Shown: in pieces, positions 46,777 to 56,090 of the stretch
Layout of the letters: every line of letters begins with the position of its first letter
Position numbering within the stretch: position 1 is the stretch's first letter
From: Candidatus Staskawiczbacteria bacterium RIFCSPLOWO2_01_FULL_33_13
Lineage (GTDB): Bacteria > Patescibacteriota > Minisyncoccia > Minisyncoccales > Staskawiczbacteraceae
DNA: 64,000 bases
Direction of reading: 5' to 3'
NCBI GenBank assembly: GCA_001820215.1
Contig: MHOW01000006.1
Location: 47,039 to 111,038, forward strand
The notes under the pieces: model-generated
What the model saw: only the letters and a program-made list of their open reading frames with translations
What the model was told of the DNA's origin: nothing
Databases searched by the model: none
Translations under genes and position numbers: made by a program

Positions 46777-48132
46777 TTATCCACTATACACTTTTTGTTT
46801 TATAAGGTTTAATTCTTCTGTTAATTTATTATTTTCTTCACTTTCTTGTAGTATTTTTTTGTATGCGTATATGACTGTAGTATGATCCTTGCCCCCAAAT
46901 TTTCTTGCAATTGCAGGAAATGAATATTTTAATTCTTTTCTTAATAAAAACATTGCTATTTGTCTTGGTCTTACAATTTCTTTGCGTCTTGTTTGGTCAA
47001 AAAGATTTTTTTCATCTAAATTATAAAATTTAGCAACCGTTTCAATTATTTTTTTATAGTTTGCAACATCAAAGGGAGAAAATACAAAACCTCGTAATAG
47101 CTTTTTTGCAACTTCTAAATTCAACACATTGTTGTTGATTTTATGGTAAATTAATAAGCTATTTAAGGCTCCCTCTAAATCTCTGATATTCTTTTTAACA
47201 TTTGAGGCGATGTATTCTAAAATATCTTCTGGTAATTCCATATTTTTCTCTTGAAGTTTGGTTTTAAGTATTACAAGCCTTGTTTCATAATCAGGTAGGC
47301 TTACATCAATAGTCATCCCGCCTCCAAATCTTGATTTAAGCCTTTCTTCTAACTCTGATATGGCATTGGGGGGCCTGTCAGACGAAAGGATGATTTGTTT
47401 ATTTTTTTCATATAAAGAATTAAACACATGAAAAAATTCTTCTTGGCTTTTGTTTTTTCCCGATATAAATTGTATATCATCAATAATGAGCACATCTATA
47501 GGGGTAAAACTAGCCTTAAAGCTTTCCATGCTATTGCTCCTAATAGCTGAAACAATATTAGAAACAAGTTTTTCAGAAGGAATATATTTTACTTTATTTT
47601 TTTTATTATTACTGGCTATTTTATTCCCAATTGACTGCATTAAATGGGTTTTGCCTAATCCAACTCCTCCATATATAAATAAGGGGTTGTAGGTGTGTCC
47701 TGGGTTTTCAGATACTGCTAAAGCTGCCGCGTGAGCCAATTCATTAAATCCACCTACTACAAAATTTTCAAAGGTATAACGAGGGTTAAGATTTGTTTCT
47801 TTGTTAATTTTAAACTCATCAAATTTTAACTGTTCTATATTTATATCACTTTCTAGTTTTTCTTTTGTTTCAAAGTTTTTTGATGGTTGTGGGTTAATTT
47901 TAAATTCTAATTCTTTGATAGTGTTGTCTATGTCATGCATTGTTTTAAGTATTAACTTGTAATACTTATTATTCAGCCACTCTTTAGAAAAGGCATTTGG
48001 AACCGAAATTACTATTTTTCCATTTTCTTTAGATGTTATTTCAGTGTTTTGAAACCAGGTTGCAAAATTTGCCTTAGAAATAAAAAGTTGCATTTGCGCC
48101 AAAACTGATTGCCAAAGCTCACTATTGTCCAT
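46777..48132 (-). CDS. dnaA: Chromosomal replication initiator DnaA
   Basis: YTFENFV, NPLFIYGGVGLGKTHL, IDDIQF, QEEFFH.FN, RQIAM, GKDHTTV. Confidence 0.98.
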   Translation of the reverse strand: MDNSELWQSVLAQMQLFISKANFATWFQNTEITSKENGKIVISVPNAFSKEWLNNKYYKLILKTMHDIDNTIKELEFKINPQPSKNFETKEKLESDINIEQLKFDEFKINKETNLNPRYTFENFVVGGFNELAHAAALAVSENPGHTYNPLFIYGGVGLGKTHLMQSIGNKIASNNKKNKVKYIPSEKLVSNIVSAIRSNSMESFKASFTPIDVLIIDDIQFISGKNKSQEEFFHVFNSLYEKNKQIILSSDRPPNAISELEERLKSRFGGGMTIDVSLPDYETRLVILKTKLQEKNMELPEDILEYIASNVKKNIRDLEGALNSLLIYHKINNNVLNLEVAKKLLRGFVFSPFDVANYKKIIETVAKFYNLDEKNLFDQTRRKEIVRPRQIAMFLLRKELKYSFPAIARKFGGKDHTTVIYAYKKILQESEENNKLTEELNLIKQKVYSG

Positions 48133-48222
48133 AATTTTTTGATTAAATATTTAATAGTCTATTTTTTCTTTTTGTTGTTTATTTGTCAAATATAAACAAA
48201 ATATACACATATGTTATTAAGT

Positions 48223-48231
48223 TGTGGATAA
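48223..48231 (-). promoter_or_regulatory. Perfect DnaA box upstream of dnaA
   Basis: TGTGGATAA = TTATCCACA. Confidence 0.7.
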
Positions 48232-48440
48232 ATTGTGTGATATTTTAAATACAGACGCACAATATATTTAATTAGAAATTTTAAATTTGTAATTAAAACG
48301 CTATTTGACCAAATGTGTTTTTTTTGGTAAGTTAACAATATTATCCTTGAGTTATAAAATACTTTCACAGTCTTTTTATAGAGTATTTGGTGATTTAAGG
48401 ATTTATACTACACTATACAATATTATTAATATAAAAAACA

Positions 48441-48575
48441 ATGAGTTTCACTTATAACCCAAAAAAGAAAAAGAGAAAAAGAACACACGGTTTCTTAAAG
48501 AGAAGCCAAACAAAAAAGGGTCAACAGGTTATTCAAAGGAGAAGGGCTAAGGGAAGGAAGAAATTAAGCGTGTAA
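48441..48575 (+). CDS. rpmH: 50S ribosomal protein L34
   Basis: [44 protein letters not shown]; absent from the ORF track (44 aa). Confidence 0.95.
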   Translation: MSFTYNPKKKKRKRTHGFLKRSQTKKGQQVIQRRRAKGRKKLSV

Positions 48576-48632
48576 TGAGCTGGTTACAAAACTCCATATT
48601 TATCCTCAAAAGCGAGTTTTGTAACCATCTCA
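48576..48632. repeat. Hairpin element between rpmH and rnpA
   Basis: tgagctggttacaaaactc / gagttttgtaaccatctca (18/19). Confidence 0.65.
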
Positions 48633-48638
48633 ACTTAA

Positions 48639-48980
48639 GTGTTGCCAAAAATAAACAGGTTAACCAAAAAAAAAGATTTTGACTCGGTTTTTAAGAAAGG
48701 AAAAAGCATAAAAGTTGATTTTTTAATATTTAAAATATTAAAAAATGATCTAAAAGAAAGCCGTTTCGGTTTTGTGGTTAGTAAAACTATTTCTAAAAAA
48801 GCTGTTATAAGAAATAAAGTTAAAAGAAGGCTGCGAGAGGCAGTTTTTAAAGGATTAAAAAATCAGGTTACTAATACGGCTAAACCATCAGATATTGTTA
48901 TTATAACTTTGCCAGGAATTGAGAAAAGAGAATTTTTGCAACTACAAGAAGTTGTCGATAAATTTTTAAATAAAATATAA
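48639..48980 (+). CDS. rnpA: RNase P protein component
   Basis: RL.KK.DF, RFGFVVSK, KAV.RNKVKRRLRE. Confidence 0.95.
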   Translation: MLPKINRLTKKKDFDSVFKKGKSIKVDFLIFKILKNDLKESRFGFVVSKTISKKAVIRNKVKRRLREAVFKGLKNQVTNTAKPSDIVIITLPGIEKREFLQLQEVVDKFLNKI

Positions 48981-48994
48981 TAATTTTTTACACT

Positions 48995-49723
48995 ATGTTT
49001 GGTTTTTTAGTAGATGTCTTTAATATTCTTTTATACCAGCCTCTTTTTAATGCATTGGTGTTAATTTATAATTATCTGCCTGGGCATGATTTTGGTATTG
49101 CAATTATCCTTCTTACAATCATTATAAGAGTTATTATTTATCCCCTTTCGGTAAAATCCCTTAACTCACAAAAAAATCTTCAAAAACTGCAACCACAATT
49201 ACAGGAAATACAAAAAAAATATAAAAATGATAAAGAAAAACAAGCTAGGGAAACCCTAGAACTTTATCGTAAAGAAAAAATAAATCCATTTAGCGGATTG
49301 TTTTTAGCATTGATTCAGCTCCCTATTTTAATTGCATTATATAGTGTGTTTAATAATGGATTAAAATCTATAGAGCTTAATAATTTGTATAGTTTTGTAT
49401 CAAATCCAGTTAATATTAACCCAATATTCTTGGGTGCTATAAATTTATCTTTGCCAAATTTATTTTTTGCCTTCCTTGCGGGTATTGTTCAATTTTTTCA
49501 AACAAAAATGATTATGCCTAAATTGGATAAAAATCAGGCAAAAGAAAATCAAATGACCGCCATGATGCAAAAACAAATGGTTTATTTTTTTCCTTTTATA
49601 ACAGTAATAATCCTTTTAAAATTACCCTCAGCTTTAGGCCTTTACTGGATTGCAAGCGGATTGTTTTCTATAGCACAACAGTATTTTATTCTTAAAGATA
49701 AACCAAATAAGCCTTCTTTGTAA
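48995..49723 (+). CDS. yidC: Membrane protein insertase YidC (short form)
   Basis: GIAII.LT..IR, LQP, INP..G, LIQLPIL, PSALGLYW. Confidence 0.92.
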   Translation: MFGFLVDVFNILLYQPLFNALVLIYNYLPGHDFGIAIILLTIIIRVIIYPLSVKSLNSQKNLQKLQPQLQEIQKKYKNDKEKQARETLELYRKEKINPFSGLFLALIQLPILIALYSVFNNGLKSIELNNLYSFVSNPVNINPIFLGAINLSLPNLFFAFLAGIVQFFQTKMIMPKLDKNQAKENQMTAMMQKQMVYFFPFITVIILLKLPSALGLYWIASGLFSIAQQYFILKDKPNKPSL

Positions 49724-49737
49724 GTCTATTAATAAAA

Positions 49738-50271
49738 ATGGAAGAACAAGATTTAGTAATAATTAAAAAAACTATTGAAGAGTTGTTTGAAAAAATGACT
49801 GTTGTGGTTAGTAGTTTGGAATTAAAGCAAAGCTCTCAAGAAAAAAAAACCGAAAATTTTGATTCGCTTAATAGTATCAATGAAACTGTTTTACCTTTAC
49901 AAAGCGAACCTAGAGAAATAATTCACATAAATATAAATTTAGAAGAACCTCAATTTTTAATAGGCCAGAATGGCCAGACTTTATTTGAACTAGAGCGTAT
50001 TGTAAAGATAATATTAAATAAAAAAATCCAAAAGTTTTTTTATTTGAATTTAGATATTAATAATTATAAAGACAAAAAAGTTGAATATTTAAAAAACTTA
50101 GCAAGGGATTCAGCCAACGAAGTTGCGTTAACTAAACAAGAAAAAGCGTTAAGTCCTATGTTAGCTTATGAAAGAAGAATTATTCATACCGAATTAGCTC
50201 AAAGACAAGATGTTATTACAAGGAGCCAGGGCAATGGAGAAAATAGATGCGTGGTAATATGCCCTCGCTAA
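49738..50271 (+). CDS. jag: Jag/KhpB-like KH + R3H RNA-binding protein
   Basis: LIG.NG.TL, PM.AYERRIIH, S.G.G..R.V. Confidence 0.88.
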   Translation: MEEQDLVIIKKTIEELFEKMTVVVSSLELKQSSQEKKTENFDSLNSINETVLPLQSEPREIIHININLEEPQFLIGQNGQTLFELERIVKIILNKKIQKFFYLNLDINNYKDKKVEYLKNLARDSANEVALTKQEKALSPMLAYERRIIHTELAQRQDVITRSQGNGENRCVVICPR

Positions 50272-50283
50272 AAGGCGTAACAG

Positions 50284-50323
50284 TAAACTAAAAAACGGAT
50301 TTTTAAATCCGTTTTTTAGTTTA
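50284..50323. terminator. Bidirectional terminator
   Basis: taaactaaaaaacggattt / aaatccgttttttagttta. Confidence 0.7.
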
Positions 50324-50332
50324 GGAAGATTT

Positions 50333-51952
50333 TTAATAAGTAGGAATAATATTTATCATGTATATGTACCTTTCTTTTTCTGGATCAAGGATATTATCAA
50401 ATATCAAGCTTATTTTCTTTTTACCGTAATAAATTTTACATTTTTTGTCATCAAGATTACGCCTAAATCTAGAATAAAGAACAATCATATAACTCCTTTT
50501 ATTTTCTACAAGCCCTATACTTCTTGCGCATGTTTTGTCGTTACTAGTACAGTGATTAAACTCTGGTGCATCAGAAGTAAATTGTGTTGAGGGTGGGTCC
50601 GTGCCTATTGGCGATGCTGTATGATCAACGCTCCATAGCCAATAATCAAGTATTCCCAATCTACTTCCATCGGGTGGACTATTCTCGCCATTTCTATGTG
50701 CCCAAAGTTCTCGATCTATAGTACTACTCGATAAAAAATATTTAAAATTTTTGCTTAAAAAGATAATTGCAGGGCTACTAGAAGGCGTTTGGTTTCTGTA
50801 GTGGAAAATGGTTCCATATTTAGGATTAAAATATCTATCATCAAAAGATGTAGATGTGCTTGGGGCTACGGACAAACATATGGTACCCTCGTCCCGTTTA
50901 ATTAGCGAAGGATTTGATGTTGCTAAATTCACTCCCCCTTGTAATTCCGAACACATACCACTTCCGTTTTGTAAAATAACTCCATAGCGGTCTTTTGGAT
51001 CGGCACCACTAATAATTTTTACTGATCGAGTTATGTTGGCAGTGGGAGTTTCATCGGAATCATAGGGTGGTATTAGGCCACTTTCTTTTTGTACATAAGA
51101 GCTTATTCCGGTGCAGTCCTCTGTTAAATAATAATAAATACCAGATTCTTTGATTTTTGATATATAAGAATATATTGTAGAAGAAGAATCATTTGGGCTG
51201 AATGGATCAAAAAGAAGCATTATGCTTGCTGGTTGAATATTATTTAAATCGGGGCTTGTACATGGTAATTCCCAAACTCTTAAATTGCCCAATCCAGATG
51301 CATTTCTTGTTCGGTCTATTTGAAAATATGGTTGATCATATACCCAAAGTAAAAGGGGTTTACCACCTCGACTTGAATCGCAAATATAAACAAGAGCATC
51401 AGTTCCAGGAGGCGCACCATCAAAAATATGACCCGGATCCAAATCAGCACCAGTATCCCAAATATCATCTTCTCGTTCGTTTGCTGCTTGATAATCAATT
51501 ATGGTAGTAACTATGGGTCCAGGCGTGCTAGTGCGAGTTCTATACCAAAGCTGTCCACCTTGACTTCCATAACTTGCCACGCTTGGGTTTATAAAATCTG
51601 GGCTTATTGTCTGAAATACTATCACGGAAATCATTAATAAAACTATTCCTAAAATACAGTCAAAAATCTTTTTTCTTGCATTTCCAATCGCAACCGGGCT
51701 TCCCATAGAAGCCATTATTAAAATGCTATTTATTACTATAGTTATGACACCAATTACACCAGCTGATACTACTAAAAACCAAAAGATATAACCAATATAT
51801 GTTTCTAAAGAAATTCCTACTCCATCTCCTATAGTTGGCCCACCCGGAATATTAGGGTAAGTTAATTCAAGGGCAAAAGCGTATTGGATTGCTAAAAAGC
51901 ACAGTATTATTATTGCAATGATGATAATTGGGTATTTGTATTTTTTGTTCAT
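50333..51952 (-). CDS. VirB2/pilin-like N-terminus fused to a large Cys-containing extracellular domain
   Basis: Signal peptide, YP.IPG, two TMs, AR.KI....LG..LL...VI..TI.P. Confidence 0.65.
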   Translation of the reverse strand: MNKKYKYPIIIIAIIILCFLAIQYAFALELTYPNIPGGPTIGDGVGISLETYIGYIFWFLVVSAGVIGVITIVINSILIMASMGSPVAIGNARKKIFDCILGIVLLMISVIVFQTISPDFINPSVASYGSQGGQLWYRTRTSTPGPIVTTIIDYQAANEREDDIWDTGADLDPGHIFDGAPPGTDALVYICDSSRGGKPLLLWVYDQPYFQIDRTRNASGLGNLRVWELPCTSPDLNNIQPASIMLLFDPFSPNDSSSTIYSYISKIKESGIYYYLTEDCTGISSYVQKESGLIPPYDSDETPTANITRSVKIISGADPKDRYGVILQNGSGMCSELQGGVNLATSNPSLIKRDEGTICLSVAPSTSTSFDDRYFNPKYGTIFHYRNQTPSSSPAIIFLSKNFKYFLSSSTIDRELWAHRNGENSPPDGSRLGILDYWLWSVDHTASPIGTDPPSTQFTSDAPEFNHCTSNDKTCARSIGLVENKRSYMIVLYSRFRRNLDDKKCKIYYGKKKISLIFDNILDPEKERYIYMINIIPTY

Positions 51953-52030
51953 TTTTACTAAATTACTAGCTTAAAAATTATTACCTTTATTCTTTAATAC
52001 TACTATATTTTAATCGCCAGTAAAACTATA

Positions 52031-53824
52031 TTATTTTAATTTTCTTCTTGCTTCTTTTATTTTTTCAACTTCTTGGGGGCTGGTAGTTATTATTTGATCT
52101 TCTGTATAGCTGGCTTTTATATTAATATATACATGTTTTTTACCCGCAAAAAACAACCCTTCTCCAACAGGAGCACTTAATAATAATTCTTCTTCTTGCT
52201 TGGTTAAATCAAATATTTTTTCTAATACATCAATAGCCGCAGTGGATTGTTTTAACAGCATTTGCAAAGATGAATTGGTGATAATAGCCTTTCCATAACC
52301 TGAACCCATAAAATCTTCCACATCTTGGGTAATAGTGGTTACTCCCATCCAGTATTTTCTGCATCTTTTTATTAAGCTGAATAAAAATGAAGCTCCGTCT
52401 TCTGATTGCATCAGCCACCAAGCCTCATCAACCACTAAAATTCTCTTTTTTATTTTTGTTCTTACAATATTCCATATGTATCGCATTACAATAAACAAAG
52501 CAATGGGTTTTAAAGATTCTTCCATGTCTCTTATTCCAAATACAATGAATTTTTTATCAATAGTAATATTAGATTTTTGGTTAAAAAATCCAGCAAAAGT
52601 CCCTTCGGTAAATTTTTTAAGGCGTCTTGCTAAAGATTCTGCTCCTTCCATATTTTCTAAAATTTCTCCAAAATCAGACATTAGTGGTATTTTTTCCTCC
52701 CAGGTAGCAGGGTCACTTTGAGGTGTAATATCTCTTATTGCGTAAGTTTCTGTGAGGGCTTGGTCTAAAATACTATCTTCTTCAGCAGTTAATCCTCCAA
52801 GCATTATTCTTAAAAGTCCCACCAAATTTATAATATTTGACCTTAGTATGTCTTCTGGATTATCATCTGGGCCTGGGGTAGGAAGGTCAAAAGGATTTAC
52901 ATGGTTTCCAGAAGACAAAGATATTTTAAAGAAATTACCCCCTATGCCATCGGCTAAAAATTCATATTCATTTTCGGGGTCAATTACAATTACATCAATA
53001 TCCATCATCAAGTATCTTAAAATTTCTAATTTAACCGCGTATGATTTACCCGATCCGGATTTTGCAAAAACAACCATATTGGCGTTTTCTAAGGTGAACC
53101 TATCAAACAATACAAGTGAATTATTGTGCCGGTTAATGCCATATAAAATTCCTTCATTAGAGCTTAAGTCAAAAGAAACAAATGGAAACGCAGTTGAAAG
53201 CGGCTCTGTGTTCATTGGAACATTAATGCCAATTAAGTCCATTCCATAAGGGCTGGCTGAAATAAAGCCTTCTTTTTGCTTAAATAAAGCTGGTTTTATA
53301 TAAATTAAACGAGGTTCAAAAATTGACCTTAGGGTAGTTTCAACTTCACGCATTTCTTCTTCTGAATTTTGATATACGGTAATATAAAGCCCAAATCTAA
53401 ACATTTTTTCTTGGGCGGTTATTATTTTATCTCTAAGGTTTTCAATATCTTGGTAGCCGGTTTCAAGAGCTGGATCGCGAATGAGTCCCTTTTCTTGTCT
53501 TTCCATTAATTCTGAAGATACTTGGGTAACTTTTGACCGTAATTTTTTTAAAATTAATTCACTGCTTACCGGATGTATAAAAAAAGATATATCCATTGGT
53601 ACATTTAGGTTTATTGCGGGAGAAAGCCAGCCGGTATTTAAATATCTTGGATAAGAAAATATAAAAAAAGATTTGGCGATTTTTTCTCCAAGCTTTATAT
53701 AGTTTTGATTTATGCCAACATAAGAAGGCGCTATAACATCCTTTATATTAAGAATTTCTTCTTGAAATATTTTATCATCAATATCAATATTTCTTTTATT
53801 TTTATTTAAAAAATTAAAATTCAC
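52031..53824 (-). CDS. VirB4-like (TraC/DUF87) ATPase
   Basis: AKSGSGKS (Walker A), VIDPENEY, NPFD, LVVDEAW (Walker B), TQDV.DF. Confidence 0.9.
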   Translation of the reverse strand: MNFNFLNKNKRNIDIDDKIFQEEILNIKDVIAPSYVGINQNYIKLGEKIAKSFFIFSYPRYLNTGWLSPAINLNVPMDISFFIHPVSSELILKKLRSKVTQVSSELMERQEKGLIRDPALETGYQDIENLRDKIITAQEKMFRFGLYITVYQNSEEEMREVETTLRSIFEPRLIYIKPALFKQKEGFISASPYGMDLIGINVPMNTEPLSTAFPFVSFDLSSNEGILYGINRHNNSLVLFDRFTLENANMVVFAKSGSGKSYAVKLEILRYLMMDIDVIVIDPENEYEFLADGIGGNFFKISLSSGNHVNPFDLPTPGPDDNPEDILRSNIINLVGLLRIMLGGLTAEEDSILDQALTETYAIRDITPQSDPATWEEKIPLMSDFGEILENMEGAESLARRLKKFTEGTFAGFFNQKSNITIDKKFIVFGIRDMEESLKPIALFIVMRYIWNIVRTKIKKRILVVDEAWWLMQSEDGASFLFSLIKRCRKYWMGVTTITQDVEDFMGSGYGKAIITNSSLQMLLKQSTAAIDVLEKIFDLTKQEEELLLSAPVGEGLFFAGKKHVYINIKASYTEDQIITTSPQEVEKIKEARRKLK

Positions 53825-53860
53825 TTTAGTATTTTTTTAATATTATTAAAAAATTAATTT

Positions 53861-54329
53861 CAAAATTCAAAAACCTAAATTCTAAACAAATTCAAAATCC
53901 AAATTTTCTAAATCCAAAACTATTTAATATTTTATTTACTATTCTCTAAAATAGATCCAAATATTTTCATTAGTTCAATGCATTCTTTAATGAGCGATTC
54001 TTTGTCTTGTTGATTTTCTTTTAATGGTTCAGATAAATTTAACCACAACCTGCTTTCTTTAGATTCTTTTCTGCAAATCTTTATTCTCATTAGAAAGTCT
54101 TTTTTGCCTAGAGATTCATTTGCTTCAATATAATTGGCTGCCTGTGAACCGGAGGATCTAACGAGTTGTTTTCCGTATTCTATATTTGAAATTGTTCTGA
54201 GAAGAGCCTTAACATACTCTCTTGTTTTTTGAGCAAATAGATAAGTTCTATCTTCTAAATCATATTGCGGTTTTGAATTTTGGATTTCATTCATTTGAAT
54301 TTGTTTAGGATTTAGGTTTTTGAATTTTG
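53861..54329 (-). mobile_element. IR-flanked four-helix-bundle gene unit
   Basis: 36-bp inverted repeats (35/36) at 53861-53896 and 54294-54329 built from heptamers. Confidence 0.65.
53932..54294 (-). CDS. Four-helix bundle protein (23S rRNA IVS protein/bAvd-like family)
   Basis: YDLE.RT..F, QLVRSSGS.AANYIEANE, KKDF...I.I.RKE..E...WL. Confidence 0.88.
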   Translation of the reverse strand: MNEIQNSKPQYDLEDRTYLFAQKTREYVKALLRTISNIEYGKQLVRSSGSQAANYIEANESLGKKDFLMRIKICRKESKESRLWLNLSEPLKENQQDKESLIKECIELMKIFGSILENSK

Positions 54330-54361
54330 GATTTTTGTTGAAATAAATTTCAAATTAGGAT

Positions 54362-55024
54362 TTATTTCAATAATTCCGGTGATATTTTTGGCGAATAACC
54401 TATTTCAGCTTCGTTAGGGTGGTGTATAGTCCAAAATAGTTCAATTAATTCGGGGGTGGTTAAGGGTATTACATCTAAACCACATCTTTTTAATCCCATT
54501 GCTAAAAATTCCATTCTTTGCCAAAGTTGATTTTTTGATTTTTCAAAGTCATCATCTTTAAATTGTTGAATTTTAGCTTTATCTTTACTAAATAAATTCA
54601 AAAAATTAAATTGTTTTGTAACGCCCCCTACACCGAATATTTCCACTAAACTGTAAGGGACTACCACATAAAAATTCTTTGTCATAATTGAGTCCCCTTG
54701 CACCAATTCTTTTATGAATTCCCGATAAGAACCCGTTTGGGCTTTTAGTAATTCATTATCCTGTTTTTCTTCTAAATTTTTAATGCTATCCAAATATGGG
54801 GTGATATTTATCTTTCTTGATTGAATGATAATTTGGCATGAAAAATCTAATGAATTTAAAAAGCTTTGAAAAGAATAAATAATGGCGTTTTGTTCGTCGT
54901 CTGATTTTAATGCAAAATTCATAGAGGAAACCATTAGTACTCCCCTTATATTATTATTTTTTAAAATCAAAACACCTTCTTTAATGTCTTGAATTTCTAA
55001 AAATTCTTGTGTCGTAATGTTCAT
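54362..55024 (-). CDS. Conjugation-cluster protein (TraC/VirB4 N-terminal-like)
   Basis: TQ.F..I.DI.EG, NF.LKS..EQ.A, FLNSL.F..QI, KNFYVVVPY; context. Confidence 0.7.
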   Translation of the reverse strand: MNITTQEFLEIQDIKEGVLILKNNNIRGVLMVSSMNFALKSDDEQNAIIYSFQSFLNSLDFSCQIIIQSRKINITPYLDSIKNLEEKQDNELLKAQTGSYREFIKELVQGDSIMTKNFYVVVPYSLVEIFGVGGVTKQFNFLNLFSKDKAKIQQFKDDDFEKSKNQLWQRMEFLAMGLKRCGLDVIPLTTPELIELFWTIHHPNEAEIGYSPKISPELLK

Positions 55025-55040
55025 AATTGTAAATATAAAA

Positions 55041-55487
55041 TCACTTCTTTGTTTCTATTTTTCTTTTAACTTCCTTCAATTTACTAGCTTGTAATATTGA
55101 AAAATGGGATGGTTTTGTAGTATTTATTTCTTGATTGTCATGCCTTGTAATCAATTTTTCTTTACTTTGTAAATTTGGGTTTAAGCTTTTATATGGATAT
55201 GGGGATTTTTTCTTCTCCCAAATATAGGTTTTATTTTCAAATAAAAATCCAAAAAAGTGTAAAAATACTGTTACTAAAGAAGCATTATCTATTTTTATAA
55301 AAGCTATTACTGAAACTATTCCCATTATTACTATTGAACAAATTACAAAAAAATAAAACGGCAAAAGATAATAAAATACTATAGCAGTACTTAGTCCTCC
55401 CACAAGCAAAAAAAACTGCTTGAAAGTTAAAAAGTAAATTATCTTTCCTTCTTGTTCAATAAATTGTGGAGTTGGATATTGGGCCAT
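55041..55487 (-). CDS. PrgI family protein
   Basis: PQFI..E.KI...LTFKQF plus two TMs. Confidence 0.8.
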   Translation of the reverse strand: MAQYPTPQFIEQEGKIIYFLTFKQFFLLVGGLSTAIVFYYLLPFYFFVICSIVIMGIVSVIAFIKIDNASLVTVFLHFFGFLFENKTYIWEKKKSPYPYKSLNPNLQSKEKLITRHDNQEINTTKPSHFSILQASKLKEVKRKIETKK

Positions 55488-55509
55488 TTGTAATGCTCTT
55501 AATTATTAT

Positions 55510-56061
55510 TTATTCAATCGGTTCTCTATAAGTATCTGGCTTGCTTTCTAGCTTTGGTTGTGGTTTCGGCTCTTCTTTGGTCACTCTTTGTTGGGCATGT
55601 TGAATGTTTTCTGCATTTTCTTCTACATCCAAAATGTCTACTTTTTTAATATAAGAATCAGGTGGCATCTCTTTTGGCACAGGAATATTGCTATTCCCCC
55701 TTATTTTGTTTAACAATTCTTGCCTGTATCTTTCTTTTTGATCCACTTCTTTTTTAACTTCTATTTCTTCTTCTGGTTGGGCTAAGGAAACAACATTATT
55801 TTTTATATCGTGAGCCAATTTATCTGCTTTTTCTTGAGCGATATATAAATCTTTTTTCAGTATTTCTATTATATCTTTCATAGTAACTCCTTTTTCCATT
55901 GCTACAATTTTCTTAGCCACTTTAAATATAACAACTTCTGGATTTTCTTTTTCAAAATCCCAAAAATCTTCTTGGCTAAGAGTTAAATTATGTTTTTTAA
56001 CTAATTCTGAAATTGCTTGATCTATTTGGTCAGAAAAGTTTAACACATATTCTGTTTTCAT
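55510..56061 (-). CDS. Hypothetical protein in the T4SS-like operon
   Basis: C-terminal D.YREPIE; operonic. Confidence 0.65.
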   Translation of the reverse strand: MKTEYVLNFSDQIDQAISELVKKHNLTLSQEDFWDFEKENPEVVIFKVAKKIVAMEKGVTMKDIIEILKKDLYIAQEKADKLAHDIKNNVVSLAQPEEEIEVKKEVDQKERYRQELLNKIRGNSNIPVPKEMPPDSYIKKVDILDVEENAENIQHAQQRVTKEEPKPQPKLESKPDTYREPIE

Positions 56062-56090
56062 ATAACTTGCATAGAAATAATTTTATAAAA

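Noticed and set aside
53932-54294. Diversity-generating retroelement (Avd-like gene)
   Set aside because: No reverse transcriptase and no TR/VR pair with adenine-specific mismatches seen in the window.
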